Below the pieces are notes generated by a model, which saw nothing but the letters and a program-made list of their open reading frames with translations, did no database searches and was not told where the DNA came from. This document shows, in pieces, positions 30,044 to 39,972 of a stretch of DNA of 64,000 nt; positions within the stretch are counted from its first letter, which is position 1; each line of letters opens with the position of its first letter. Where the stretch lies: IMG/VR virus record IMGVR_UViG_3300042377_000720; one strand, written 5' to 3'. The translations under genes were made by a program, and so were the position numbers. The stretch comes from an uncultured virus (IMG/VR IMGVR_UViG_3300042377_000720) (lineage: Duplodnaviria > Heunggongvirae > Uroviricota > Caudoviricetes).

Positions 30044-30089
30044 AAGGACATTCTCACGGACTTTTTGTCTTTGAGGGTGTCCTTTTTTT
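30044..30089 (+). terminator. long hairpin terminator after SSB
   Basis: AAGGACATTCTCA...TGAGGGTGTCCTT followed by a T run. Confidence 0.75.
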
Positions 30090-30112
30090 AAAAAAAAACT
30101 TATATTATTAAT

Positions 30113-31135
30113 ATGGCAATAAAGAAACAAGACTTTTCGAGTGTTATCTCGAAGTATTCGAGTAAAATGACCTACAAACCTGATAGGTTCTTAGACCTTG
30201 GAGATGCGTTCTTGGATGCAACCGGTATTCCCGGTCCCGCACTTGGACACATCAATATGTTCTTAGGACATTCAGATACAGGTAAAACTACGGCACTTTT
30301 ATCTGCCGCCGCAGATGCAATCAAGAAAGAAATTCTTCCTGTCTTTATTATCACCGAACAAAAATTTGCATTTGAACACGCAGATATTATGGGTATTCCC
30401 GTAACTGAGGATTTAGACAAATCTACGGGTGAAATTACTTATTCGGGTCAATTCATTTTCAGAAATGATTTTGAATACATTGAACAAATTACTGATTTCA
30501 TTAATGAATTATTGGATGCACAAGAAAAAGGTACAATTCCTTATGATTTGTTATTCCTTTGGGATTCTGTTGGTTCTGTTCCATGTAAAATGACATTTGA
30601 AGGTAAAGGTGGTAAACAACATAATGCGTCAACATTGGCCGATAAAATCGGTATGGGTATTAACCAACGTATTTCAGGTTCAAGAAGAGCGGATAAAAAA
30701 CACACAAACACACTTATCATCGTAAACCAACCATGGGTTGAGTTACCTGATAATCCATACGGTCAACCAAAAATTAAAGCAAAAGGAGGAGAATCAATTT
30801 GGTTAAACTCAACATTAGTTTTCTTATTTGGTAACCAAAAAAATGCCGGTACTACTAAAATTGATATTACAAGAAAAGGTAGAAAGGCAAACATCGGAAG
30901 TAGAAGTAAAATTTCAGTAATGAAGAACCACGTAAATGGTATCTCATTCGCCGATGGAAAAATCATGGTCACATCACACGGTTTCATGAAAATGAGAGAC
31001 GCTGTTGAAGAAAAGAAGTCAAGAGAAGATTACTTGAAGAACAACTTAGAGTACATTGGAACAAGACTTTTCGGTGAAAAAATCACTGACATTGCAGGTA
31101 TCGAATTTGAAGTCGGATACGAAGACGAGGATTAA
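30113..31135 (+). CDS. RecA/UvsX-like recombinase
   Basis: Walker A GHSDTGKT, Walker B FLWDS, IIVNQ, KGGES. Confidence 0.85.
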   Translation: MAIKKQDFSSVISKYSSKMTYKPDRFLDLGDAFLDATGIPGPALGHINMFLGHSDTGKTTALLSAAADAIKKEILPVFIITEQKFAFEHADIMGIPVTEDLDKSTGEITYSGQFIFRNDFEYIEQITDFINELLDAQEKGTIPYDLLFLWDSVGSVPCKMTFEGKGGKQHNASTLADKIGMGINQRISGSRRADKKHTNTLIIVNQPWVELPDNPYGQPKIKAKGGESIWLNSTLVFLFGNQKNAGTTKIDITRKGRKANIGSRSKISVMKNHVNGISFADGKIMVTSHGFMKMRDAVEEKKSREDYLKNNLEYIGTRLFGEKITDIAGIEFEVGYEDED

Positions 31136-31174
31136 TTTTATTTTATTGTTTAACGTTTAATACGAAAAGACTAA

Positions 31175-32197
31175 ATGTCAAATGTTTTATTGGTTGATGG
31201 AGATAATTTATTGACCATTGGGTTTTTTGGACTTAAAAATCATTTCTACAAAGGGAATCATATTGGTGGTTTATATCACTTTATTAATACCCTTCGTAGA
31301 ATGGTTGAAATCCACCATTTAGACAAAATAGTCGTTTTTTGGGATGGTGAAGAGGGTTCTGCATCTCGCAAGAGATACTATCACCAATACAAAGAGAATA
31401 GAAAAAGTCGGATTAGAACAGAAGAAGAAGTAACCGCATACGGACAACAAAGAAACCGAGTAAAACAATATTTGGAAGAACTTTTTGTCCGTCAAGGTGA
31501 ATACGAATACTGTGAAACTGACGATTCTGTTGCATACTATTCACAAAACTCACCAAAGGAGAATATTATCATATTCTCATCAGATGGAGATTTAACACAA
31601 TTAGTTTCAGAAAACACAAAACTGTTTAATCCTTCACATAGTAAACTATATCAACCAAAAGATATGTTTGTTTATGACCACGAAGAGATTAGAATCGAGA
31701 ACATCAAATTAGTAAAGATGTTGTGTGGTGACCCGTCAGATAACATTGCAGGAATTAAAAACCTCGGCGTTAGAAGACTCTTATCAGTTGTCCCTGAACT
31801 AAAAACTGAAGAACTTACATTAGAATTCATTAGGAACCGTTTTAACGACTTATTCGAACAGGATAGGGATAATCGTCTAATCACCAATTTGCTCACGGGA
31901 GTGACCAAATATGGGGTACTGGGTGAAGAATTTTTTGATGTTAACAGTCGAATAGTAAGTTTAGATAACCCATTTCTAACAGATGAGGCAAAGGAGTCGG
32001 TTGAATCACTAATCCATGATAAAATGGACCCCGAAGGTCGTTCTTATAAAAACACGATGAAGATGATGATGGAAGATGGTATCTTCCTTCTCTTACCCAA
32101 ATCAGACGATGCGTGGATTAATTTTTTAAATCCATTCCTCCGATTAACAAGAAAAGAAAAAAATAAAAAAATAATAAAAATTAAAAACAATGAATAA
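31175..32197 (+). CDS. 5'-3' exonuclease/flap endonuclease (T4 RNase H-like)
   Basis: LLVDGDN, VFWDG, YKENR, ETDD, SSDGDLTQL, GDPSDNIAGI. Confidence 0.9.
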   Translation: MSNVLLVDGDNLLTIGFFGLKNHFYKGNHIGGLYHFINTLRRMVEIHHLDKIVVFWDGEEGSASRKRYYHQYKENRKSRIRTEEEVTAYGQQRNRVKQYLEELFVRQGEYEYCETDDSVAYYSQNSPKENIIIFSSDGDLTQLVSENTKLFNPSHSKLYQPKDMFVYDHEEIRIENIKLVKMLCGDPSDNIAGIKNLGVRRLLSVVPELKTEELTLEFIRNRFNDLFEQDRDNRLITNLLTGVTKYGVLGEEFFDVNSRIVSLDNPFLTDEAKESVESLIHDKMDPEGRSYKNTMKMMMEDGIFLLLPKSDDAWINFLNPFLRLTRKEKNKKIIKIKNNE

Positions 32198-32633
32198 TCA
32201 AGATGTAACCAAATTCGAATTCCTTTTAACTCTTGAAGGAAACATTATCTGCCAACGTTTTTTCAACGTAAGAGAGCATAACCCACAATCTAGACGTTCG
32301 ATGGATATACATGAGTACGTAAAAGAAATTTCAGACGAAATTTTTGATGGTTTGAGAATAAAAACTTCCGACTATCTCTATGAGAATCGTGAATATTTTT
32401 ATGGTTTGACCAATGTAGAGACCAGTGATAATGACGAAAAAGAACATTTCCTTCTTGAAATTAAGATGGGTGACGATGTATTTATTTCAAGAATCATTCC
32501 CGCATATTTCTTCCATCCAAAGGTGAGATATACGGTGGATATTCGTCCTAATCTAAAGAGATACTTGGCAGTGTTAACTGACATACTATCTACCGATGTA
32601 TTAGAAACAACTTATTTAAATTACCAACTTTAA
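32190..32633 (+). CDS. hypothetical protein (147 aa)
   Basis: Overlaps the upstream stop within the replication operon. Confidence 0.75.
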   Translation: MNNQDVTKFEFLLTLEGNIICQRFFNVREHNPQSRRSMDIHEYVKEISDEIFDGLRIKTSDYLYENREYFYGLTNVETSDNDEKEHFLLEIKMGDDVFISRIIPAYFFHPKVRYTVDIRPNLKRYLAVLTDILSTDVLETTYLNYQL

Positions 32634-32644
32634 AAATAAAAATA

Positions 32645-32652
32645 TAACTTTG
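32645..32652 (+). promoter_or_regulatory. Bacteroidota-type -7 element (TAACTTTG)
   Basis: TAnnTTTG 4 nt before the helicase ATG. Confidence 0.4.
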
Positions 32653-32656
32653 TAAC

Positions 32657-34030
32657 ATGACAGAAAAGAACTTTGGTCTTCTCGGAACATCATTCCAACA
32701 GGCACTAATTAAGGCGATAATTGAGGATAAGAAATATGGGGAAACAATTATTGATGTAATCGAGAGCAAGTACTTTGATAATAATTCTTTTAGATTCATC
32801 ACTCAACACATTAAGGAACTTTACACGAAATACGGTAAAATTCCCAATTATGATAGTTTAAGTCAAAAGATAGTACTTGAAATGGGCTCACAAGAGAGTG
32901 CCAGAATCCACCTCGATACTATCGAATCGATTAAAGAAAAAGAAGATACCGAACAATTGGTTAAAGATGAGGCGTTGAACTTTTGTAAACAACAAAACCT
33001 TAGAAAAGAACTAAAAAAGGTAAACACCATTATTGACAATGGTGCATTCCATGAGTATCAAACAATTGAAAGTATTATCCAAAAGGCATTACAAGTGGGT
33101 ATTCCACCTGAAGAGTCGATGGATGTGTTTCATGATATTGATGCCGCATTGGAAAAAGACAACCGACAAGCAATACCGACCGGAATCAACGGATTGGACA
33201 ATATGTTGAAAGGTGGTTTAGGAAGAGGTGAATTAGGAGTTGTATTGGCACCAACAGGTACCGGTAAAACCACTTTGTTAACCAAGTTCGCCAACTCTGC
33301 ATATGTTCACGATTTCCACGTACTTCAAATATTTTTTGAAGATAATCCGGCAAACATTAAAAGAAAACACTTCACTATTTGGACGGGTATTGAACCCGAT
33401 GAACAACCAGAAAGAAAAGAAGAGGTTAAAGAAATGGTTGAGGAACTTCAGGGTAGATGTAAGGGTTCACTTAGTATTATTAAATTACCAAGTGATTCTG
33501 TAACAATATCTGAAATTAAATCAAGAATTAGAAAACAAGTTTCAGAAGGAAAACAAATTGACATGTTACTTATTGATTATGTTGATTGTATCAGCCCTGA
33601 TAGGTCTAATTTTGGTGAAGAATGGAAAGGTGAGGGTTCTGTTATGAGAAGTCTTGAATCGATGACGACTGAATTCAACATCGCAATTTGGACGGCAACT
33701 CAGGGTAACAGAGAATCTATTTCATCAGAGGTGGTAACAACAGACCAAATGGGTGGCTCTATTAAGAAGGCACAAATTGGTCACGTAGTTTTATCAGTAG
33801 GTAAAACACTTGAACAGAAAGAACACAATTTAGCAACGATGACCTTACTGAAATCACGTATTGGTCAAGACGGTGTAATATGGAACAACTGTAAGTTCGA
33901 TAACAAATTCTTAATTATCGACACCGAGACTCAGACAACTCTACTTGGTCACCAAGAACAAACAGTGAAAACCAATGTCAATAGAGCAGCAGAAATGTTC
34001 AAGAAAAGACAAGAAACATTAAATCGTTAA
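32657..34030 (+). CDS. replicative DNA helicase (DnaB/gp41-like)
   Basis: IPTG...LD..LKGG, APTGTGKT, LLIDYVD, WTATQGNR, LKSR.G. Confidence 0.9.
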   Translation: MTEKNFGLLGTSFQQALIKAIIEDKKYGETIIDVIESKYFDNNSFRFITQHIKELYTKYGKIPNYDSLSQKIVLEMGSQESARIHLDTIESIKEKEDTEQLVKDEALNFCKQQNLRKELKKVNTIIDNGAFHEYQTIESIIQKALQVGIPPEESMDVFHDIDAALEKDNRQAIPTGINGLDNMLKGGLGRGELGVVLAPTGTGKTTLLTKFANSAYVHDFHVLQIFFEDNPANIKRKHFTIWTGIEPDEQPERKEEVKEMVEELQGRCKGSLSIIKLPSDSVTISEIKSRIRKQVSEGKQIDMLLIDYVDCISPDRSNFGEEWKGEGSVMRSLESMTTEFNIAIWTATQGNRESISSEVVTTDQMGGSIKKAQIGHVVLSVGKTLEQKEHNLATMTLLKSRIGQDGVIWNNCKFDNKFLIIDTETQTTLLGHQEQTVKTNVNRAAEMFKKRQETLNR

Positions 34031-34050
34031 TCAATTAAAAAATTTATACT

Positions 34051-35028
34051 ATGAGTGAAAAAATTCTTAAAGAGAATCCAGGCCGTTTTGTCATCTTTCC
34101 AATCGAACATCACGATATTTGGAAACTTTATAAACAACAAGAAACATGTTTTTGGACAGCAGAAGAAATTGACCTAGCCCAAGACATTAATGATTGGGAC
34201 AATAAACTAAATTCAGATGAACAACATTTTGTTAAGAATGTTTTGGCATTTTTTGCTGCGTCTGACGGTATCGTAAATGAAAACTTGGGTATTAACTTTT
34301 TAAATGAAGTTCAATATACCGAGGCAAAAATGTTCTATGGTTTCCAAATTATGATGGAAAACATTCATAGTGAAACATATTCATTATTAATTGATACATA
34401 CATTAAAGATAAGAACGAACAAAATCATTTGTTCAATGCAATTGATACGGTACCTGCCATCAAGAGGAAGGCAGAATGGGCAATCAAGTGGATTAACTCT
34501 GATTCTTTTGTTGAGAGATTAATTGCGTTTGCTGCGGTTGAAGGTATCTTCTTTAGTGGTTCGTTCTGTTCTATATTTTGGTTAAAGAAACGTGGTTTAA
34601 TGCCAGGTTTAACCTTTTCAAATGAACTTATTTCTCGTGATGAAGGAATGCATTGTGACTTTGCGTGTCATTTATATAATCACCACATTGAAAAGAAATT
34701 ATCAGATAAAAAAATTAAAGAGATAATCTGTGGGGCATTGGAAATTGAAAAAGAATTCATTTTAGAGGCATTACCTGTAAGATTAATTGGTATGAACTCT
34801 GATTTGATGAAACAATACCTTGAGTTTGTTGCCGATAGATTATTAATGTCATTGGGAGTTAATAAAGTTTATAACTCTACAAACCCATTTGATTTTATGG
34901 AGAACATTGCCATCCAAGGTAAAACCAATTTCTTTGAAAAAAGAGTTGCAGAATACCAAAAGGCAGGGGTAAATAATAATTCGTCTATAGAGGACCTAAA
35001 TACGAATTTTGACGAGATAGATTTCTAA
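34051..35028 (+). CDS. nrdB: ribonucleotide reductase class Ia beta subunit
   Basis: [46 protein letters not shown]. Confidence 0.97.
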   Translation: MSEKILKENPGRFVIFPIEHHDIWKLYKQQETCFWTAEEIDLAQDINDWDNKLNSDEQHFVKNVLAFFAASDGIVNENLGINFLNEVQYTEAKMFYGFQIMMENIHSETYSLLIDTYIKDKNEQNHLFNAIDTVPAIKRKAEWAIKWINSDSFVERLIAFAAVEGIFFSGSFCSIFWLKKRGLMPGLTFSNELISRDEGMHCDFACHLYNHHIEKKLSDKKIKEIICGALEIEKEFILEALPVRLIGMNSDLMKQYLEFVADRLLMSLGVNKVYNSTNPFDFMENIAIQGKTNFFEKRVAEYQKAGVNNNSSIEDLNTNFDEIDF

Positions 35029-35043
35029 AAAATAAAATAAACG

Positions 35044-37473
35044 ATGAAAGTAAAAAAGAGAGATGGCTCCTTAGAGGAGATGAGATATGACAAAATAACA
35101 AGGAGAATACAACATTTTTGTGATGATTTGAATATTGAATTTATTGACCCAACATTAGTTACATTAAAAGTAACACAGGGTATATATGACGGTATTTCAA
35201 CTGTGGAGTTGGATACATTGGCGGCAGAGACAGCCGCATCATTAGTAACCTCACATCCCGATTATGCGAAATTGGCCGGAAGACTTGCGGTTTCTAATTT
35301 ACATAAAACAACACCTAAAAAATTCTCTCAGTGTATTAAGGAGTTGCATCATTTCATTGAACCTAAAACAAATAAGGAATCCTCTTTGATTGATGATAAT
35401 GTTGCTAAATTTGTTCAACAAAACAAAGAAGTTTTAGATGGTGCTATTACCCAAGAAAGAGATTTTGATTTCGATTATTTTGGATTTAAAACATTGGAAC
35501 GTTCTTATCTATTGAAAATCAATAATCGTATTGTTGAAAGACCACAATATATGTACATGAGAGTTGCCGTTGGTATTTGTAATGGTGATTTAGAAATGGC
35601 GTTAAGAATATATGACGACCTTTCATTACATTTCTACACTCACGCAACTCCTACATTATTTAATGCCGGTACTCGTAGAGCACAAATGTCATCTTGTTTC
35701 TTAATCGGTAACAAAGGTGATGATATTGATGGTTTATTTGACACAATTAAAGATGTTGCTAAAATTTCTAAATGGGCCGGAGGTATCGGATTACACGTTC
35801 ATGATGTGAGAGCAAAGGGTTCTTACATTAGAGGAACAGGTGGAGAATCTGATGGTCTTCTTCCTATGATGAAAACATATAATGAAGTTGCTCGTTGGAT
35901 TAATCAAGGTGGTAAAAGAAAAGGTTCTTTTGCCGTTTATCTTGAACCATGGCATGCTGACGTTTTTGAATTTATTGATTTGAGAAAGAATCATGGTAAA
36001 GAAGAAATGAGAGCAAGAGATTTATTCTTGGCAATGTGGACTCCTGATTTATTCATGGAGAGAGTTGAGAAAGATTTGGATTGGTCTTTGTTCTCACCTG
36101 ATGAGGCGCCGGGTTTATCTGATATATACGATACACCTGAAGATAAATCTTTTACTCGTTTATATGAACAATACGAACAAGAAGGTAGGGCTCGTAAAAC
36201 TGTTAAGGCAAGAAAATTAATGGATGCAATTCTAACTGCACAAATTGAAACAGGAACGCCTTACATGTTATATAAAGACCCAGCAAACTACAAATCAAAT
36301 CAAAAGAACTTAGGTACGATTAAATCTTCAAACTTATGTACGGAGATTATCGAATACTCAAGTCCCGAAGAACAGGCGGTTTGTAACTTAGCGTCAATTG
36401 CATTACCAAAATACATCTTGGATAATGAATTCAATCATGATTTATTATATGATTACACATACCAAGTTGTAAAGAACTTAAACAACGTTATCGATTTGAA
36501 CTTCTATCCTACTGAGGAAACAAAACGTTCAAATATGAGACACAGACCGGTTGGTTTAGGAGTTCAAGGTTTAGCCGATGTATTTTGTATGTTAAATCTA
36601 CCTTTCGAAAGTGACGCGGCAGATGTTCTACAAACGGAGATTTTTGAAACCATTTATTTTGCGGCATTGACTTCTTCAAAAGATTTGGCAAAAGAAAACG
36701 GAGCGTATGAAACATTCCAAGGGTCACCTTTATCTGAAGGTATCTTCCAATATGAAATGTGGGGTAAAACAGATAAAGACACAAGTAAGAAATGGGATTG
36801 GAAGTCTTTAAGAAAAGAAGTTGTTAAGTACGGTGTAAGAAACTCATTGTTAGTAGCACCTATGCCGACAGCATCGACAGCACAAATTTTAGGAAATAAC
36901 GAAGCGTTTGAACCATTTACATCTAATCTATTTTCAAGAAGAACATTAGGTGGTGAATTCGTGGTAGTTAATAAACACCTTGTTAAAACATTACTTGAAA
37001 AGGGTATTTGGTCAGACGAAATTAAAAAGAAACTTATCATGGAGAATGGTTCGGTTCAAAATATCCCTGAAATACCAACTGAGGTAAAAGAAGTTTACAA
37101 AACCGTATGGGAAATGTCTCAAAAGAGAATTTTATCTATGGCGGCGAATCGTTCTATTTACATCGACCAATCTCAGTCGTTGAATTTATTCATCGCAAAT
37201 GCAAGTAAACAGAAAGTATTAGCGGCACACCTTTACGGATGGAAACTCGGTCTTAAAACCGGTATGTACTATCTAAGAACCAAATCCGCGGTTGACCCAC
37301 TTAAAGGGTTAGGTATCGACATGTCCACAACAAAACCAAATAGTGAAACCCAAGAGGTTCCAAGTACAAATAACCTTATCCAAGATAATTCAGAAGAAAT
37401 GAAATTAATGGAAATGGTTATGAGTTCAAGACCAACTGATTCACCGTTTGAATGTGAGGGATGTGGTTCCTAA
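35044..37473 (+). CDS. nrdA: ribonucleotide reductase class Ia alpha subunit with ATP-cone
   Basis: VKKRDG ATP-cone, ATPTLFN, SSCFL, SNLCTEI, PMPTAST, KTGMYY, C-terminal CEGCGS. Confidence 0.97.
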   Translation: MKVKKRDGSLEEMRYDKITRRIQHFCDDLNIEFIDPTLVTLKVTQGIYDGISTVELDTLAAETAASLVTSHPDYAKLAGRLAVSNLHKTTPKKFSQCIKELHHFIEPKTNKESSLIDDNVAKFVQQNKEVLDGAITQERDFDFDYFGFKTLERSYLLKINNRIVERPQYMYMRVAVGICNGDLEMALRIYDDLSLHFYTHATPTLFNAGTRRAQMSSCFLIGNKGDDIDGLFDTIKDVAKISKWAGGIGLHVHDVRAKGSYIRGTGGESDGLLPMMKTYNEVARWINQGGKRKGSFAVYLEPWHADVFEFIDLRKNHGKEEMRARDLFLAMWTPDLFMERVEKDLDWSLFSPDEAPGLSDIYDTPEDKSFTRLYEQYEQEGRARKTVKARKLMDAILTAQIETGTPYMLYKDPANYKSNQKNLGTIKSSNLCTEIIEYSSPEEQAVCNLASIALPKYILDNEFNHDLLYDYTYQVVKNLNNVIDLNFYPTEETKRSNMRHRPVGLGVQGLADVFCMLNLPFESDAADVLQTEIFETIYFAALTSSKDLAKENGAYETFQGSPLSEGIFQYEMWGKTDKDTSKKWDWKSLRKEVVKYGVRNSLLVAPMPTASTAQILGNNEAFEPFTSNLFSRRTLGGEFVVVNKHLVKTLLEKGIWSDEIKKKLIMENGSVQNIPEIPTEVKEVYKTVWEMSQKRILSMAANRSIYIDQSQSLNLFIANASKQKVLAAHLYGWKLGLKTGMYYLRTKSAVDPLKGLGIDMSTTKPNSETQEVPSTNNLIQDNSEEMKLMEMVMSSRPTDSPFECEGCGS

Positions 37474-37475
37474 AA

Positions 37476-37559
37476 AAAGTGGGTGGCTCCCTTAATGGTT
37501 CGCGGCCGACCGCAAGCATCTATTTTGTTTAGTTATACAGGGGGCGAAAAACTAAACAA
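37476..37559 (+). ncRNA. candidate pseudoknotted structured RNA
   Basis: GC-rich island with three stems and a 7-bp loop pairing GCTCCCT/AGGGGGC; family not recognised. Confidence 0.5.
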
Positions 37560-37568
37560 CATATACTC

Positions 37569-37598
37569 AATCCCAATCTGAAAAGGTTGGGATTTTTT
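37569..37598 (+). terminator. intrinsic terminator
   Basis: AATCCCAATC-TGAAAA-GGTTGGGATT followed by a T run. Confidence 0.75.
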
Positions 37599-37635
37599 AT
37601 TTACTAGTATTCTTATATTGTTTATATTTATTTGT

Positions 37636-38085
37636 ATGGCGACATATGGTATAGACTTCCCATTTAGACAAAGTTCAAAAGGTAGTTTCCTGAACATGAC
37701 GGAAATACCTGAAAGGGAAATTAGAGCAAATTTGATTCATTTAATTTTAACCAGAAGGGGTACTAGATATTATATGCCCGATTTTGGGACAAGATTATAT
37801 GAGTTCATCTTTGAACCAAATGATGCAGTTACGTTTCAACTTATTGAAGATGAGATAAGAACCACAGTAAAGAAGTACATACCTAATTTGGATATTAAAT
37901 CAATTAGAATAACCCCTGCGGATATGGACCCCGAGCAACCTTCAAGTGTGAGTGAACAAGATGATGAAAGATTATTTAGAGTATCAGATAATTCAACAAA
38001 ACCATACACTGCCAAGGTTAGAATCGATTACGACATTAATAATGAACCATTTAGTTCGTCAGACTTTATAATTATTAACATATAA
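37636..38085 (+). CDS. baseplate wedge/sheath initiator (gp25/GPW-like)
   Basis: GIDFPF, LILTRRGTRYYMPDFGTRLYEFIFEP; TATTTAT 4 nt before the ATG at 37636. Confidence 0.9.
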   Translation: MATYGIDFPFRQSSKGSFLNMTEIPEREIRANLIHLILTRRGTRYYMPDFGTRLYEFIFEPNDAVTFQLIEDEIRTTVKKYIPNLDIKSIRITPADMDPEQPSSVSEQDDERLFRVSDNSTKPYTAKVRIDYDINNEPFSSSDFIIINI

Positions 38086-38086
38086 T

Positions 38087-39919
38087 ATGGCTAAAAAGAT
38101 ATCATACGCAACAAGAGACTTTGCGGGATTAAGACAGGAGTTAGTTAACTTAACGAAAGAATACTATCCAGACTTAGTAAAGAATACCAACGACGCATCA
38201 ATATATTCAGTTCTATTGGACTTAAATGCTGCGGTTACAGATAACCTTCACTTCCACATCGATAGAGTGTGGCAAGAAACTATGTTGGACTTTGCACAAC
38301 AAAGACAATCTCTTTATCATATTGCGAAAACATATGGTGTTAGACTACCGGGTAATAGACCATCGGTTGCATTGTGTGATTTCTCAATCAATGTACCCAT
38401 TAGGGGTGACAAAGAGGATGAACGTTATTTAGGTACAATCAAAGGTGGAGCCCAAATATCGGGCGGTGGACAAGTATTCGAAACAATTGAAGATATTGAT
38501 TTTTCCAACCCTTTCAATAGTAAAGGTGAACCAAATAGGTTAAAAATACCAAATTTTGATGGTAATAATAGATTGATTTCATATACAATCTTAAAAAGAG
38601 AAGCGGTAGTTAACGGTGTAACAAGAATTTTCAGAAAAGTAATCACGGAACTTGACCAAAAACCTTTCTTTAAACTTTACCTACCTGAACAAAACGTTTT
38701 GGGTATAACATCAATAATTCATAAAGATGGTACCTCATTTGCTGGTAATCCAACTAACTCAGAATTCTTAGAGGCAACTAATAAGTGGTACGAAGTTAAA
38801 TCATTAGTACAAGATAAGGTTTTCGTAGAAGACCCGACCACGGCATCAGATAGAGATAACTTTAAGGCTGGAAATTATATTAGTGTTGCCAATAAATTCA
38901 TTACTGAATACACTCCTGAGGGGTATTTCTCGGTAACTTTTGGTTCGGGTAATGTCGACCCAATGGATAACTTAGACAATTACATCGATGGTAATCTTAA
39001 AGTTAACTTGGGAACCTATCTTAATAACATGTCTTTAGGTGCGTTACCAAAAATTGGTACCACATTATTCATCAAATATAGAATTGGTGGAGGTAAAGAC
39101 ACAAACCTTGGAGTTAATGTTATTACAAGTATTGATGATGTTGATTTTGTTATAACAGGTCCAAACGGAGCAACCAATACACAAGTAACCCAATCACTTA
39201 TTGTAACGAATATAACACCAGCAATCGGTGGTTCTGATTTACCGGGAATTGAAGAAGTTAGAAATATGATTGCGTACAATTTTGCGGCACAGAACAGAGC
39301 GGTTACCTTAAATGACTATAAATCGTTAATAGAGACCATGCCTTCGACTTACGGAGCACCTGCGAAGGTAAACGTCATGGAAGAAGACAACAAGGTTAAA
39401 ATCAAGTTATTGTCATATGATGAAAATGGTAATCTTTCAAACACCATTTCAACGACTTTAAAAGATAACATCTTAAATTATCTATCTGAATACAGAATGA
39501 TTAATGACTTTGTTGATATTGAAAGTGGACAGGTAATTGACATGGGACTTGAGATTGATTTGGTAATAGATAAAAACGGTAATCAAACAGAAATTATTAA
39601 GACAACAATTGAAGATATTGTTGATTATTTTGCCATCGAGAAACGAAAAATGGGTGACCCACTATTTGTTGGTGATTTAAATAGATTAATAGGACAAGTA
39701 ACGGGAGTGATTAACGTAGTTGATGTACGCGCCTACAACTTAACAGGTGGTGAATATTCATCTGCGGAGGTTGCACAATCATATGTTGACACATCAACAA
39801 AAGAAATACAACAGTCTGATATGACTGTATATATGAAGTCAAACCAGATTTTCCAAATTAGATTCCCTAATAAAGATATTAAAATCAGGGTTAAAACTTT
39901 AGGTTCGACTACCTTCTAA
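38087..39919 (+). CDS. baseplate wedge protein (gp6/gpJ-like)
   Basis: YATRDF, ETMLDFAQQR, FGSG, YRIGGG..TN, AQNRAVTLNDY. Confidence 0.88.
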   Translation: MAKKISYATRDFAGLRQELVNLTKEYYPDLVKNTNDASIYSVLLDLNAAVTDNLHFHIDRVWQETMLDFAQQRQSLYHIAKTYGVRLPGNRPSVALCDFSINVPIRGDKEDERYLGTIKGGAQISGGGQVFETIEDIDFSNPFNSKGEPNRLKIPNFDGNNRLISYTILKREAVVNGVTRIFRKVITELDQKPFFKLYLPEQNVLGITSIIHKDGTSFAGNPTNSEFLEATNKWYEVKSLVQDKVFVEDPTTASDRDNFKAGNYISVANKFITEYTPEGYFSVTFGSGNVDPMDNLDNYIDGNLKVNLGTYLNNMSLGALPKIGTTLFIKYRIGGGKDTNLGVNVITSIDDVDFVITGPNGATNTQVTQSLIVTNITPAIGGSDLPGIEEVRNMIAYNFAAQNRAVTLNDYKSLIETMPSTYGAPAKVNVMEEDNKVKIKLLSYDENGNLSNTISTTLKDNILNYLSEYRMINDFVDIESGQVIDMGLEIDLVIDKNGNQTEIIKTTIEDIVDYFAIEKRKMGDPLFVGDLNRLIGQVTGVINVVDVRAYNLTGGEYSSAEVAQSYVDTSTKEIQQSDMTVYMKSNQIFQIRFPNKDIKIRVKTLGSTTF

Positions 39920-39972
39920 TTTTATTTTTCCTTATTTTTCTGGAAAATAGATAAATTTCTATTTATAGTAGA

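Noticed and set aside
34051..37473. Eukaryotic or giant-virus origin suggested by RRM1/RRM2-like RNR, PolB and SNF2
   Set aside because: Sheath, tube, baseplate, gp32-like and UvsX-like genes plus bacterial terminators indicate a tailed phage, and this RNR type also occurs in Bacteroidota.
886..37473. Inteins or introns in PolB, helicases, recombinase or NrdA
   Set aside because: Lengths are ordinary, catalytic motifs are contiguous, and I saw no splice-junction or LAGLIDADG motifs.
37476..37559. Assignment of the RNA to hammerhead, twister, pistol, HDV/theta, ZTP riboswitch or tRNA
   Set aside because: It has no CUGANGA core, no twister P4 pairing, no HDV-type stem order and no cloverleaf; only short coincidental word matches.
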